Assembly (NCBI GenBank): GCA_964016885.1
Contig: OZ024740.1
Coordinates: forward strand, 301,258,001-301,322,000
Length of the DNA stretch: 64,000 bases
From: Eledone cirrhosa
Lineage: Eukaryota
Reading direction: 5' to 3'
In this document: positions 14,542 through 28,497 of the stretch, piece by piece
Position numbering within the stretch: the first letter of the stretch is position 1
How the letters are laid out: each line of letters begins with the position of its first letter
Translations under genes and position numbers: made by a program
Notes under the pieces: model-generated
Told to the model about the DNA's origin: nothing
Database searches by the model: none
Seen by the model: the letters and a program-made list of their open reading frames with translations, nothing else

Positions 14542-14804
14542 TCTTCAATGGAATATATAAAAATGAGATTGATCATTATTGCAAGTTATCTTTGTTCAAG
14601 GTTCTTGTTAGTTTTTAATGTTACCTCCGTAACTATGTGTCTTTACACTCTTTACAAAATTCTTTGTTATTTTTCATATATATATGCCATTCGAATTTTA
14701 ATCAAGGCTTATATTTATTACTTGGAATCTTTGTGCTTATTCCACGGGTGATATGACGTATACTTCTGATCTTCTCAGACATGGCATCTTTAATTTAATT
14801 TTGG

Positions 14805-14879
<75 letters not shown>

Positions 14880-16838
14880 TCCATTGTACGGATGTGATGT
14901 CTATTGCATTAAAGCTCATTGGCAAATAGTTCCTCAGAGAAACAAGTCCATTACCATTTGACGAAATATGTAAAGAAACCAATAAATCTACCCTAAAGCA
15001 TGTATGTTGGAAATTTTGAAAATGTATTGTTTTAAATATTAAGTATAAGGTATTCTGTTTGGAGATGTAGTAGTTTGGACAAATACACATGTCGGCATAC
15101 CACGCATATGCCGAGCTGTGGTTGCCATAACCTTGAGATCTCTAGCAAAACTGTCATGGACTAAATTGCTATTATAATCAGTTGTCAATGTCCGGAGAAG
15201 TTGTGCACATTTTGATTGTATTTGCTTTCTTTTTTACACCTCCACAATTCACACACTAACACATTATTATAATATAATGAAACTTTCCCAACGTATTCAT
15301 AGCTTTATGGGACTACTTTCATTTATAATTATGTGTTGAGTTCTATACATATACATAAGCGTGAAATTGCTTGTGGGTAAGGATATTGCAAATTATTTAT
15401 CAAATACTTCAATTAATGTCTTGTTTCTCCTATAATTTTCTTATAATGATTTCAGATGACTTTCAAAACAAACTAAGTTTCTAGTTTGACATCTTAAACA
15501 ATAATCACAGATCAGTAGCGTTTGAAATGTAATTGCTCTTTTAGTTTTAGTTTTCGCTTAACGTAATTTATTCCCCATCCTCAGTTCATGATACTTATTT
15601 GTGGTTATTTTATTCTAGCGCAATCTAATTATGAGTTGATAGTCTCTAGATGAGATGAATTCACATTTGACAACATGCTTAATGACTTCTTCGAGTTTCA
15701 TCATCGACAGTCTATATGTTATCTCATATGATGGCATATCGTGTTTATTAGATGATTAATGAAGATTAAATTCTCATGGGTTTCGTGGTGGGACATACAA
15801 GATGGAAAATTCGAGCAAATATATGTACAAATATATAGATGTAAATATAATTTAAAACAGAAAGGAAAAATTAGACTGAGAAGAAAGAATGGAATGTAAA
15901 ATAGCAAAATATGGTCATTCCCGCTCACAATACCCAGCGTCAAACATACGAATTAAAAATAATAATTAACTTCGATTGAATGAGATCCACACATCCATTT
16001 AAAAAGTAGTTTTAACTGAATATGTGGATAATGCATTTATATTGCATGTGTATAGTTGATATTATCATTGCAATAAATACTTTAGTCTTCCAAGAGGGAC
16101 GGTAGAATTTCTTTTGGTTCAAAATTATCAAAGCAAACTGCAGTAGACCAATGTATTGATGCTCTATATACCGTATCCCTAAATTTCAGCCAGGGCGAGT
16201 AGTTTATGATAGCTTATATAAACGCATTTTATAATACATTTAATGGAACACCCTTTATAATTATTCTAAAATTCTCACATTCTAATTTATAATTCATACA
16301 GAATATTCCATAAAATAGGTATCTGTATATAACTTTTATATAAATTATATACTTTACTTTTCATACAAAGCCGTTATATTATTCTTGTGCATATTTGGAA
16401 CATGTAATCTGATTGTTTGTGTATTTCGTTCCATTAAACGGTTTGACTAATAACACTTTTTGACACAAATATGTATTCCATAACTTTAACATTTAATATA
16501 GATATATCGTATTGTCTTTGCCTAAATCATTTACTTCCATTAGTCAGGATTATCACTTTTTTCGATGACTTTCAATCAAATGTTCGCTTTCTCTAAATGT
16601 AATTCTTCAGTTTATGCCCATCCCAGACATTGTCTTATTATTACTGCTACATCCTTATTGATTTATAGTGACATTTACACAGTGAATTGACTTCAATTAA
16701 ATATTTCGAATTCCCATTTGCTGCACCTAGCTACTCAGAATTCATTTACGCTCATGCGTAAATGTTTTCTGAACTACATAACTATGATTAAAGGCTGTTT
16801 CACATATATGCTGTTAATTATAAGTTAATTACACTGCA

Positions 16839-16974
<136 letters not shown>

Positions 16975-17932
16975 GAAGTGGTAATACAACAGTTAGTTCA
17001 CCATACCGAGAACAATTCTTTCACCTTAGCGGACCCTCAGCTCGTAATGGGCATGGTTATACGAAATAGGAAGGACAGTCGTATGAACGCGCATGCGCAT
17101 ATACGGTCTCTTCACCCAGGCAATATAAAACTGCGGACGAAAGGTGTAAGGGAGATATCTGCGAAAGTCCGAAAGGATAAGAAAATTAGGATATTTTGTT
17201 ATTCAATCCGGAATGTTGTAGTTATGTAAGAGGTGTTTCAAACCTTGAGTTTAGGCAATCGCTATTGCGTAATCTCTTTAGAATATTTATCCGTTAATCA
17301 ATACATAGTCCACACGACGGATTGCTCCTTGCGTATGGCTTGGGCTTAGTGATGACTTTCCATTGAATGGAGTAGTGTATACATGACTCCTTGAGGGACC
17401 ATACGTGGCTCGCGAGTTTCGTGGTTGATCGTTTGTCTGGGTACCTAAAGGTCGACTGATGGTTCAGGAAGCGTTCCTTAAATCGGCCCTCCACCATTCC
17501 CACAGATAATCTGACCTCCTGAGGTTGATATGGTTGGTTGGAAGTGACCACGGCGTCATTAACTACAACGGGTGTGTTGCATTGCTGTTGAAGAGGACAG
17601 CTTCAGGCTTTCGGCAAGAGCACCCTGGTGGGGTGTTGCTCTTAAGGCTGTTGGTGATGTGGGCCTTCATATTCTGAGCACAAGATTACCCTTGTTTTAA
17701 TTTGTGTCTGTTAAAGATGGAGCGGTATTTGTGACCTATGAGAACTTGTTTATCTAAGAGGGTTAAACATGTTTTTCCTACATTAGTTTTAACGTTGAGT
17801 GAGAAGGGAGGTGAGAACCAGGTAGTTTGTCTATTGTAACGCTTTCTTTTCTTATTGGTGGGAGAGTAAGTGATAGGTTGCGAGAAGCCGCTGTTAGCTA
17901 ACGCCGTGTTATAGTAGGGTGCCGCTCTGTCA
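16975..17932 (-). mobile_element. 3' fragment of a Naiad-type PLE (GIY-YIG end + degenerate HHR) between (TA)n tracts
   Basis: WFSPPFSLNVKTNVGK, CSCRKPEA/CPLQQQC, VGMVEGRFKERFLNHQSTF, TKLASHVWSLK, CGLC; HHR-like cgag-CTGAGGG..GAAAG-AATT-GTT-ctcg at 17001-17050. Confidence 0.85.
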
Positions 17933-18574
17933 ATATATATATATATATAAATATACATGGGGGGGGGGGGGGGGTTCTGAATTAATTCTTCGTATTAAAT
18001 TTTTCATATATATCGTACGAGCATTCATGTAGTTTGTATTAGAATTAATGTATTGTAGCGGTACTCTTATATAGTATATTAGTATTCATTTTCGGGATTC
18101 TGAATTATTATTTCGTATTAGTTTCGGGACTCTGAATTATTATTTCGTAGTAGTTTCTTTAGTATTTTGGCCTCCTACTTGTTGACCTGTCACTGTAAGA
18201 TAGATTTGGACGATTACTACTAACTCATAAAATTCTTTCACTACCATCTTGTATCTAGTATTCCCTCCCACCTATTAAACTTTTCTATAGTTTAGCAGTA
18301 CAAGTGAGAGACTTGATGATTGTGGTAGGGGAATAGTAACCAGAAATTGTTTTTTTCATATCTTTAACATTCTTATTATTCTTCTATATATTTACTCCAT
18401 ATTGATTTACCCCTTGAGAAGCTCGGCTATTCATGTACCAGGATAAACATTTTCATTTAGTCCAGAATTAGCCGTCGGCATCCTACTCGTTCCTATATAT
18501 ATATAAATATATATAACGAAGGAATTGTGGTAAGGAACCAGAGTACTCAATACTTAGGGTAGTAGATTGGGTAA

Positions 18575-18720
18575 TAGGAAAAATTATGACCCCGATGGCA
18601 GAGCTCGAGCCGTTCGACGGCTATTTCTGGACTAAATTAGAATTTTTTTTTTTTCTAATTTAGTCCAGAAATAGCCGTCGAAACGGCTTGAGCTCTGCCG
18701 TCGGGGGTCATACTTTTTCA
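18575..18720. repeat. near-perfect ~70-bp-arm hairpin made of hammerhead 3' halves
   Basis: atgaccccgatggcagagctc..ggactaaattagaa / ttctaatttagtcc..gagctctgccgtcgggggtcat; followed by (TA)n. Confidence 0.85.
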
Positions 18721-19559
18721 TATATATATATATTTACATATACACATAAATGTATTTCTACAATTGATTTACTACGTTACAATTTTACGACTACACGTAC
18801 ATATTTCAACGACGGCGAATGTAGTCGATTACATTTGTTTTTTATGAATCCAACCATGGCATTCATAATAATTGCTGTTACATATACTTTGCATTGGGCT
18901 TACTCTATTACTTACTTTACATCATTCGTCGATCGATAATATAGCGTTGGGATTATCCGGGTTTCAAATTTTGCCGAACAAACTCCCTATGCAGTCCGGT
19001 TGGGATGCAGATAAATCCCTCGCATTTATCTGGGATAACGTATCGAGGATACCATGAAACATTTCCATGAAGCGTTGTGAAATCATTTGTTTCTTGTATT
19101 CAGATATCTGAAAATAATTCAAATTATGTTCTTCCCTATTCAAATCCAGAATATGTAACTTTCGTTTCATTGAATCACATTCTATGGATTTAACCTAAAA
19201 AATCCCCGTCAAGCAATCGTCGATATTTAATTTAAATATACTTGCCTTCACCGACTTCATGATGTTCATCTGAAAGGTTTCAGTTGTACATCTTTAAATC
19301 CAATGAATTTATTTTTTAAAACGTATATTATACCGCACTAAATATTGTGTTTATCAATAAAACCATTTCATGAGATCCTTCATTACCATTTCTTATACTA
19401 AATTCCCTCGTAATCGAATTAATGAATATAAAATATGAAATCTTGGCAAACATTATCTTTTCCACGGCAATGGTTCTTCGCATAAAAATAAGGATTTTTT
19501 TTTACTTTTGCACTAGGAAACTCTATTTTGGAGCAGGAACAAGTCGATTAAAAATACCT

Positions 19560-19715
19560 CTGTGCGCTACTGTTACTTTATTTCGTCAATTTCTTAACGA
19601 TGAAAGACAAAGCTAACCTCGGTGGCATTTAAAATCAGAATGTAAACAACTGTCACGATATGCTGCAAATCATGTTGTCCGACAATCTACTGATACTGTG
19701 CCGAATCACCTCCCT
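19560..19715 (-). mobile_element. old diverged SINE copy
   Basis: gatgaaagacaaagctaacctcggtggcattt similarity to the family. Confidence 0.6.
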
Positions 19716-19903
19716 TCATCATGTAAAATAATTTACACATTTTTTTTCATGATAAAAATAGACTAATATAGTATATAACAAAGGAAAAATCACCTTAAAC
19801 AAAATAAGGCCGGAAAATGTACATCAGAATTAAGTTATATTTTTTCGTTTGTCGTTTATGATTTCCGCATTTCACCGTCATCCTCTTCTCTTCCAACACT
19901 AAT

Positions 19904-20098
19904 TCTTCTTCTTCTTCTTCTTCTTCTTCTTCTTCTTCTTCTTCTTCTTCTTCTTCTTCTTCTTCTTCTTCTTCTTCTTCTTCTTCTTCTTCTTCTTCTT
20001 CTTCTTCTTCTTCTTCTTCTTCTTCTTCTTCTTCTTCTTCTTCTTCTTCTTCTTCTTCTTCTTCTTCTTCTTCTTCTTCTTCTTCTTCTTCTTCTTCT
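19904..20098. repeat. (CTT)n microsatellite, ~65 units
   Basis: Direct inspection. Confidence 0.97.
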
Positions 20099-20334
20099 CC
20101 CTCGTCGTGGTCGTCGTTATATATCGACAAACAAAATCAAATAATATGATAGTTGAAAAACCAAGAATTCCCATAAAATGCCTAAAGAGTATAATAAATC
20201 CTTTCGAAAAACGACCTGCATTGATGATAGGAAATGTAGAGTCTGCAAATTAAGCCCGGAAATTACCTGAAAAATTAGGAACCTAAAGTTGTGATGTTCT
20301 GAAAGATTACTGAAGCGAACTACAACTAACATTA

Positions 20335-20700
20335 AACAGAAAATATGAGTGGAATAGCAACATCAGAACTAGTAAATAAGGACAATATACATACATACAG
20401 AAAGACATATGAAGCAAAGTAATAAAACAAACCAGACACACACAAACAAAAGAAGTAACCAACTAGTGGCAAGTGAATAAACGCATAACAATAACAGATA
20501 CAAACACACACACGCGAATATAACGCATGCGCAACCAAATATGTGGCACACAACACACAAAAACGAGATGTAAGTCAGAACAAAGGAGAAACAAAAAAAA
20601 ACAAATAAGTCACTGGGGTGTTCACAGATTGTGTGACGAAAGAGCTCAGAAAATAAATATACAACCATCCGGTTATTAAACAACCAACTGGATGTTTGTA
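20335..20700 (+). mobile_element. decayed 3' end/pLTR of the PLE family found at 27187-33280
   Basis: gtggaatagcaacatc, cgcatgcgca and agtcactg..tgtgtgacgaaaga are colinear with 27870-28290. Confidence 0.75.
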
Positions 20701-21841
20701 ATAATTTGAAGTAAAAATCAATATGCGGTTGTGTTTATATTGCCAGCATATCCCTACAAAATTATAACCATATATAACAAACTGTTGAGGCGCTCAAAAC
20801 AATGAGAAAATAAAGCGCCAGAAAGACTGACCCTAGAATTTAGGTGTAACTGTTTCGAAAAGTGGAATACTAATTTTAAAATTAAGCAATCAACTTCAAT
20901 TTCTCTATTTATGGGATGATTTATTGATTAGTAGTCTAGCTATATGGTTTACTTTGACAGATATCTAAGTTAAAAGCTTCTTATAACCATTAACGATATC
21001 ATTCTAACTATCTCGAAGTCATTATGCAATCGCATCCTCTTTGAAAATATCAACAACGTCATATTTTCATATATGTCATAAAAGTTCGCAAACGCATTTG
21101 TGTATATTGCTTTGTAGTGTTTATAATTATATAGCTCGTGTGGACATCAGTTCTTATTTCATTCTTTACAGTTATTATTAATATAAAGGACATTTTGGAT
21201 ATATTGGGGAAATACTTTACAATATTGGAATGTTGCCAGAGACACACAACGAAATAATGTTACCGACAGCAAACATTAATGCTAACTTGGGTTTCGACAA
21301 AAATTGTGCAGATGTAATAAATTTGTAAAATATCGGGCATTTCTAATGTTATACTCTACGCTTAGAGACCGTGCAGGCAACATTTATAGATTCTCCAAAA
21401 CTGTGAGAAATATGTTGTTGATGTTCTCCAACAACTAATCATCGACAAACATGGATTGGAAAGGAACTTCAAATAATTATTGTTCCGATGCGAAAGGATG
21501 TGTGCACAAGGATATAGGAGTAGAGGAAATAAGGTTGACAAATTAGGGAAGGAAAATGGCATGTTCCGAAGGCCTAGAGCTAATTGTTATGTGACCAAAT
21601 ATCCCTAAGGGAAAGAGATAAGTTGGTGTTACATAGTGGAGTTCAATGACTATATGTCAATCAATAGTGTACTGATTATTTTGTATGTGGTCTACTATAT
21701 TTGTATGTGTCGATGCAGGCCACCCTTTGTTTTGAGACCGAAGTAAGAGGGTGTTATTTAGAGATATAATTGTCAGTTTGCTAAATGCGCATCTTGTGTA
21801 AGAGGAAACCTAAAAGCACAGTTTTGCATTGCTATATATAT

Positions 21842-22902
21842 ATAATCTGAGTTTTTCGAATATTAATAATGACATTCGATTCGTTTGCAATTATGCAAAC
21901 ACGCCTCAATTTCATAGCCATGTCAGTAGAATGAACCCTTCATTGTTGCTCTTGTGTTGGCATGTGAACAGAACTGCAGACACTAATGTTTCTGGGTATC
22001 AGCCTTCATCAGTACAGCTCACTGTTCGCCTGACAAACCGTTTGAGCTGGTTAAAATATATGCTATTTTTAAAAATACACAGTGACTGATCGACCTGATT
22101 TGCATATTAGCAGACTGGCTGATCAGTCAGATCTACATATTAGCAGATCCACTGATCAGCCAGATTTGCATATCAGCAGACTGACTAGTCAGTTTCCTGT
22201 TCCACTGCCAATAGCATATATTTTCACTAGCTCTGACACTTTGGAAGGTGAACATTGAGCTGTACTGATGAAGGGTGATACCCGGAAACATTAGTGTCTG
22301 CAGTTCTGTTCACATGCCAACACAAGAGCAAGAATGAAGGGTTCATGCTACTGACATGGCTATACAATTGAGGCTTGTTTGCATAATTGCAAACGAATCG
22401 AATGTTATTATTAATATTCGAAAAACTCAAATTACTTTTATTGTATTCAATAGTGAACATTTTCATTTTCACTTGAATTTGGCAAAGCCGGCCATTTATC
22501 GCTCGTATACAGGAAACTGACCAGCCATTCTGCTGATATGCAAATCTGGCTGATCAGTGTATCTGCTAATATGCAGATCTGACTGATTAGCCAGTCTGCT
22601 AGTATGCAAATCAGGATGATCAGTGACTGTGTATTTTTGAAAATAGCATATATTTTCACTAGCTCTGACAGTTTGGCAGGTGAACAGTGAACTGTACTGA
22701 TGAAGGGTGATATCCAGAAACATTAGTGTCTGCAGTTCTGTTCACATGCCAACACAAGAGCAAGAATGAAGAGTTCATTCTACTGACATGGCTATAAAAT
22801 TGAGATGTGTTTGCATAATTGCAAACGAATCGAATGTTATTATTAATATTCGAAAATCTCAGGTTACATTTATTGTATTCAGCCTTGTAGAGCGAACATT
22901 TT

Positions 22903-22905
<3 letters not shown>
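21842..22905 (+). mobile_element. non-coding HHR element: inverted copy + tandem ~432-bp units, in (TA)n
   Basis: 21842-~22200 is the reverse complement of 22510-22865; direct repeat period 432 (22261 vs 22693); HHRs at 22258-22305 (+), 22690-22737 (+) and 21972-22019 (-). Confidence 0.88.
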
Positions 22906-22952
<47 letters not shown>

Positions 22953-24179
22953 TATATTTACATAAACAAAATATAAATGTCTTCATGTATTTTACTTTTG
23001 GATATAAGGCCTATTAGAGTGATGCATGCTTAAACTCAAAGTCATTACATTTATGTTCTTGTACAATCAGAAACTCAGGGCATTAGCTATATTTAGAACT
23101 CTATCTAAAACTGTCGCCTTGATGTCTAACAACAACTTTCCAGGTTGCGGACGATGTCCTTCATTTAGTATATTGTTATGTGTCTGTCACAAGTAATATA
23201 TCGATATGTTTTGCAACATCTCACACGTAATAAGTTGTTCTGAAAATGACACAACTATTATAATACAAAAACATATTCTCTTTTGTTTTCCTTAAAAATG
23301 TTATGTTAATCAGTTATAGTATACGATGAGGGCTACAAAGGTAGGACATAAATTCAACAAATAGAATTGATCATTAGTAACATTTTGACAGTTATTGCTT
23401 CAACAATGAAGGAATTAAATGGATATAAAGTGACTTTCTCTACCAGCATGTGTGCAGCCACAATATACAAGCTACTAAAATACTTTTAGAAGAAACGAAC
23501 CTTAACCATGGATGTAATTGAGTGTATTTTATATCTTTTTCCGCTCCATCTCTTCTAATGATATCAAACGATGTGATAGGGATACTGTCGAATCTACTCA
23601 TAAATTTATCAATGCGCTGCTGATATATCGCCATTTGCATTTCCATGCAATAAATATAGCTCCATAGAAATAATTTCATTTGCTGATGTATTGCCGCTAA
23701 TGTTGCCGTTGTTAGTGCTCGGTTTCTATTCGAGCTTGTGGTTATTAAAAAGCTCATAAAGTATTTATGGAAGTCTTATGAAATTGGTTTATGATCACTA
23801 TTCTGCTTTGCTAAACCATCTTATAAAATGTAGTTTTATTCGGATCAAAATGCATTCAACATGTTAATGGCTGCTCCATTTCGCCCAATGTATATCGATG
23901 GGCTTCATTCATGCTAACACATTTTTAAACATTTGCTAAAACCACTGCCAATCAATATCATATTGATCTAGTAGGTGGTTTAGGATATGGTCCCCCTTTA
24001 AACAGGAACGGCCAGTAAGACTAACAGTGTTTATTTGACCTGATTTACTATACAGACCTTCAAAAATGTGTAATTATAATCCAACACTGCAGATGAAATG
24101 CAAGGTTTAAGTACGTCATACATGTTTTTTATTCATTGCTATATTAATGGATTTTCTACCAATATGCCAAGCTCTTCAT

Positions 24180-24364
24180 AACTGTTTCTACTTTAGGCAC
24201 AAGGCCAGCAATTATAAAGTGCATTACTGGTACTTTATTTTATCGACCCCGTAAGGATGAAAGGCAAAGTCAACCTCGGTGGGATTTGAACTCAGATCGT
24301 AATGGGACGTAACTATGCTGGAAAGCATGGCATCCGACCCTCTACCGATACTGCCAATCCACCA
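24180..24364 (-). mobile_element. SINE copy with TSD (caag.)tcttcataa
   Basis: Family similarity and flanking direct repeat. Confidence 0.9.
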
Positions 24365-24706
24365 AGGTCTTCATAATGTTATCAAAGATAGTAATTGCCT
24401 ATGATGACACTTGGCAATTGTAAACTTGATAGTATGGATGGTATGCAATTAAGAGAGGCACTATAGTCTACATAATTCTCGTGCAATAAACATATCTTTA
24501 CTCTCTGTAACACATTTAAATTTCAACCATTTTTACTTATATCCTTTGTTGTTGCATCCCAATTAGCATGTTTAATCGACTTTGTCACAAAGAATGTTTC
24601 CTCAATAATGCACAATATCGGTGGCAATTAATTATAACACGCATAAACATAGATATACACATTAACTTGTGAACGCCTTTAGCATTCTTTATTTATGCTG
24701 ACATAA

Positions 24707-24897
24707 GGGGCGGTGCATTGGCAGTATCGGTAGAGAGTCGGACGTCATGCTTTCCAGTATAGTTACATCCCTTTACGGTCTGAGTTCAAATCCCGCCGAG
24801 GTTAACTTTGCCTTTCATCCTTACGGGGTCGATAAAATAAAGTACCAGTAATGTACTGGTTAATTGGTGGCCTTGTGCCAAAAGTAGAAACCATTAT
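24707..24897 (+). mobile_element. full-length SINE copy with 17-bp TSD ttatttatgctgacata
   Basis: GGGGCGGTG start, A box TGGCAGTATCGG, B box GAGTTCAAATCC, TSD on both sides. Confidence 0.93.
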
Positions 24898-24987
24898 TTA
24901 TGCTGACATACATCACACATGTACACTCCAACATATACACATAGACTTTCATACATATATATTTACATACACACATACACATATATG

Positions 24988-25021
<34 letters not shown>

Positions 25022-25134
25022 GTAATAATAATACAATTTGAAGACAAAAATCCAAAGAGGGCTCGATAAGGATAAATATATATCAAATATATAAGAACCG
25101 AAGAGCAAATATTTAGTATCTGTTATTTCAATAA

Positions 25135-25216
<82 letters not shown>

Positions 25217-25899
25217 GCGCATATGAGTACTTATATGTATAGATGTGCATCAACCTAAATGATGTTGTATATGATATCATTAAAAGTAATATAATGCAAA
25301 TGTGTCGTTATGAATATTTTGAACTGTGATCATGTCACACATATTTCAGTAGCCGGATGAGAATGTTAGACGCCTCATTCTGGATTTGTATGTATCATCG
25401 GTGAGATTTATTCATTCTGTATGGAAACAAGAATATTTTATGTGATTTAGATGTATCAAACCTCATCTGGAGCTCATTTGAATATAGTGTGGTTCTGATC
25501 GTCGTTCACCACACGTGACGACTACAGAAACGTCAATTACTGGCAGAATCATTCACAATCGGTAAAGGTGATCTATAATTAAATCGATTACCATATGATC
25601 GATAAATTTTAGCAAACAAGTAATGGAAAAAGGAGATTTTGTAGTTAAACCAGAGTTACATGAGTGTTTTGAGACAAGAGAACGAAAGCCATACGATGTG
25701 CCGTAGGTGCAGACGTGTAGTTAGGAAAGCGGGCTACAATATTTTATTGACGGGAAAGGATAGGTGAGTGTTACGTGATGTCAAAGCAGATATGTAAACC
25801 GTTTCAGTAACATTTGCAATTATTTGGGGTAAACGGAGAGATGAATGTGGTAATGAATGTTTTCCTTCCTCGCCAACATGGTATATTTCACAATAAAAG

Positions 25900-26300
25900 A
25901 AGCAGAAAGATGTCCATAGCCGATAATAGGAACTGTAATACGAATAACCTTGAGTACACAGCTAGGTTTATAACCTCTCTCTGACTTACGTTATTCATAC
26001 ATTCCAGACATGTTCCCCATTGAACTGAGAGTAGTTGTGTGAACCAGCTCACAGGAGAAAAAGCCTGAATTAGAATGCCAAAATTGAAAATATCGGGTCA
26101 ATATCTACGCTGAACACAGAGTTTAATAGTTTGACCAAGGTACCAGAAAGGATGTACTTGAAACAATAATCGGACAAACGCAGCGTTGCACTATCTTGAC
26201 AAGAAGCAAGAGATTAACACGACATAGGAATACTCTTTCTTTTCGAATAATCTTTCAATAACCTAATGTTTGCCAATAACCTCTGTTATTAAGTATAATT
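25900..26300 (+). pseudogene. decayed L1/Tx1-like RT fragment
   Basis: SISTLNTEFNSLTKV (cf. PITLLNTDYKILAKV) followed after a frameshift by VLETIIGQTQRCTILTRS. Confidence 0.4.
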
Positions 26301-27142
26301 CAATGCTGCAGTTTCTAAATTGGCGAATAAATATAACCAATTCAATAGATTGATATGGCCGTCATTACCAGAACAGTTCTTCGTCGAAAGTTATAAGATA
26401 GGGATAAATACTCGTTGGTAGAAATGTTGTTCATCACTCATCGTTATTTTATGTCATATATATATGCTTCACTGCATCTAATGTTTTTAGAGACCTCATT
26501 TCATTGAGAGTTTATTTACACACGTGACAAATTTAATTATGTCACTTTGTCCGTATGTACAAATATTTACCTTGGTGATAGATCTACGATTACATGCCAA
26601 TTTTATTTTTAATTGCAAAATGTTACCTCGATGAGTGATGGACAAAATGTCTCCCAATAGGTATTTATATTTTTCTTATACCCTACAGAATTCCCTCCGA
26701 TTAAGAACTGTTCTGATAATGGTGGCCACATCAATCTATGTGAATGGTCAGATTTATTCTTCAGTTGAAAAATTACGGTCAGGGAATTTTAGTCACTTTT
26801 CCTATCTTTAGGTTGCTTGAGTGTATATATTCCCATGGAAAGATGCTTGGATAGTGTTTTCAGTGAACATTAGTGGGATCTAACTTGCCGTGATATTCTA
26901 CATATTCTATATATTCTACATGTGTATATGCTTCTCTAAAAGAGGTCGTTTTCTCCATCTCATTTCATTGAAATCGTATGTATATTCGTGAAAATATTTG
27001 ATTAAGTATGAAATACTAATAATTATTATTAATAGCATATATATATATATATAATATATATATATATGTGTATATATATACACACATACACACACACATA
27101 CATATATATTATATTCATAGTTATATATACATACACACACGC

Positions 27143-27186
<44 letters not shown>

Positions 27187-27192
<6 letters not shown>

Positions 27193-28464
27193 ATACTTTG
27201 GGAGGGTCATGTTGCCAATAAGAAACACACGCACCAGTTGCTTTCACTTCAATTTAATTTAATATATATTTATAAATTTACAAATTTATAAATTTCTGGT
27301 TGGTTGGTTGGTTCCACAACCAGATAGTTGTTTATATATATATATAGTCATAGTTCTTTCGTCACACACTCTGTGACCTCTTCAGTGACTCTAGAGGCGA
27401 ACTAGCCTACAAATTTAGAAGGGCCCTAAAGAAACATAATCTCAATATTAAGATAGTAGAAAGACCTGGTACCTCCGTAAAAACACTTATTAGCAAGACA
27501 TACCCGTTCCAAAGACCCTCATGTATAGATAAGAAATGTATAACCTGTAAAATAAGCCCCCATATTAACTGTAAAACTAGAAATGTAGTATATAGCATAA
27601 GATGTACTGAAGGACAATGTAGAAACAAAAATATAGTGTACATAGGTGAGACAGCTCGTAGTATAGGGGAACGAATAAATGAACACTGGCGAGACCTCCA
27701 AGATAGTAAAGAATCATCTGTGCTCTACCAACATGCTAAGATAGAACACAGGGGTAAATTAGAGAGCATAGAAATAAAAATAGAATCCACACACAAGAAA
27801 GACGCAATGTTTAGGCAAATTACAGAGGCAGTCAGCATAAAAGAATTAAAACCAAAATTAAATAGAAAATATTAGTGGAACAGCAACATCACAACTTACA
27901 ATTAAGGACAAAATGAAAACACACACACACATAGAACAAACAACTTACAATTGAAAACACACACAAAATGAAAACACACACAAGACAAAATGAAAACACA
28001 CACACACATAGAACAAACAACCAACCAACAATAAATAAATAAATAAACAAACAAATATAAATAGAAAAATAGAAAAATGAACACAAACACACACAGACAC
28101 CCGGATGTGGCGCATGCGCAAACTGAGCACGCAACCCACACACAAACAAAATGGCGTAGGATAGAAGAAAGGAAAGGCACAGAAACGAAGAAAGAAATCC
28201 CCAGTCACTGAAGAGGTCACAGAGTGTGTGACGAAAGAACTATGACTATATATATATATAAACAACTATCTGGTTGTGGAACCAACCAACCAACCAGAAA
28301 TTTATAAATTTGTAAATTTATAAATATATATTAAATTAAATTGAAGTGAAAGCAACTGGTGCGTGTGTTTCTTATTGGCAACATGACCCTCCCAAAGTAT
28401 AACAATATCGGTTTCAACACACGATTTCAGATAAAGAATCTTGCTAAACAAATTCAGAAACGAA

Positions 28465-28465
<1 letters not shown>
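27187..28465 (+). mobile_element. truncated PLE: inverted pLTR + GIY-YIG C-terminus + pLTR + tail, in (TA)n
   Basis: 27187-27391 is the reverse complement of 28203-28407; NVVYSIRC...YIGETARSIGERINEH...RQITEAVSI..PKLNRK; HHR at 28203-28247. Confidence 0.92.
28203..28247 (+). ncRNA. type I hammerhead ribozyme motif
   Basis: agtca-CTGAAGA-g-GTCAC agagtgt GTGAC-GAAAG-aa-CTA-tgact; mirrored on the minus strand at 27346-27390. Confidence 0.85.

Positions 28466-28497
<32 letters not shown>

Noticed and set aside
24707-24795. tRNA gene suggested by A and B boxes
   Set aside because: It is the SINE head; no cloverleaf can be formed
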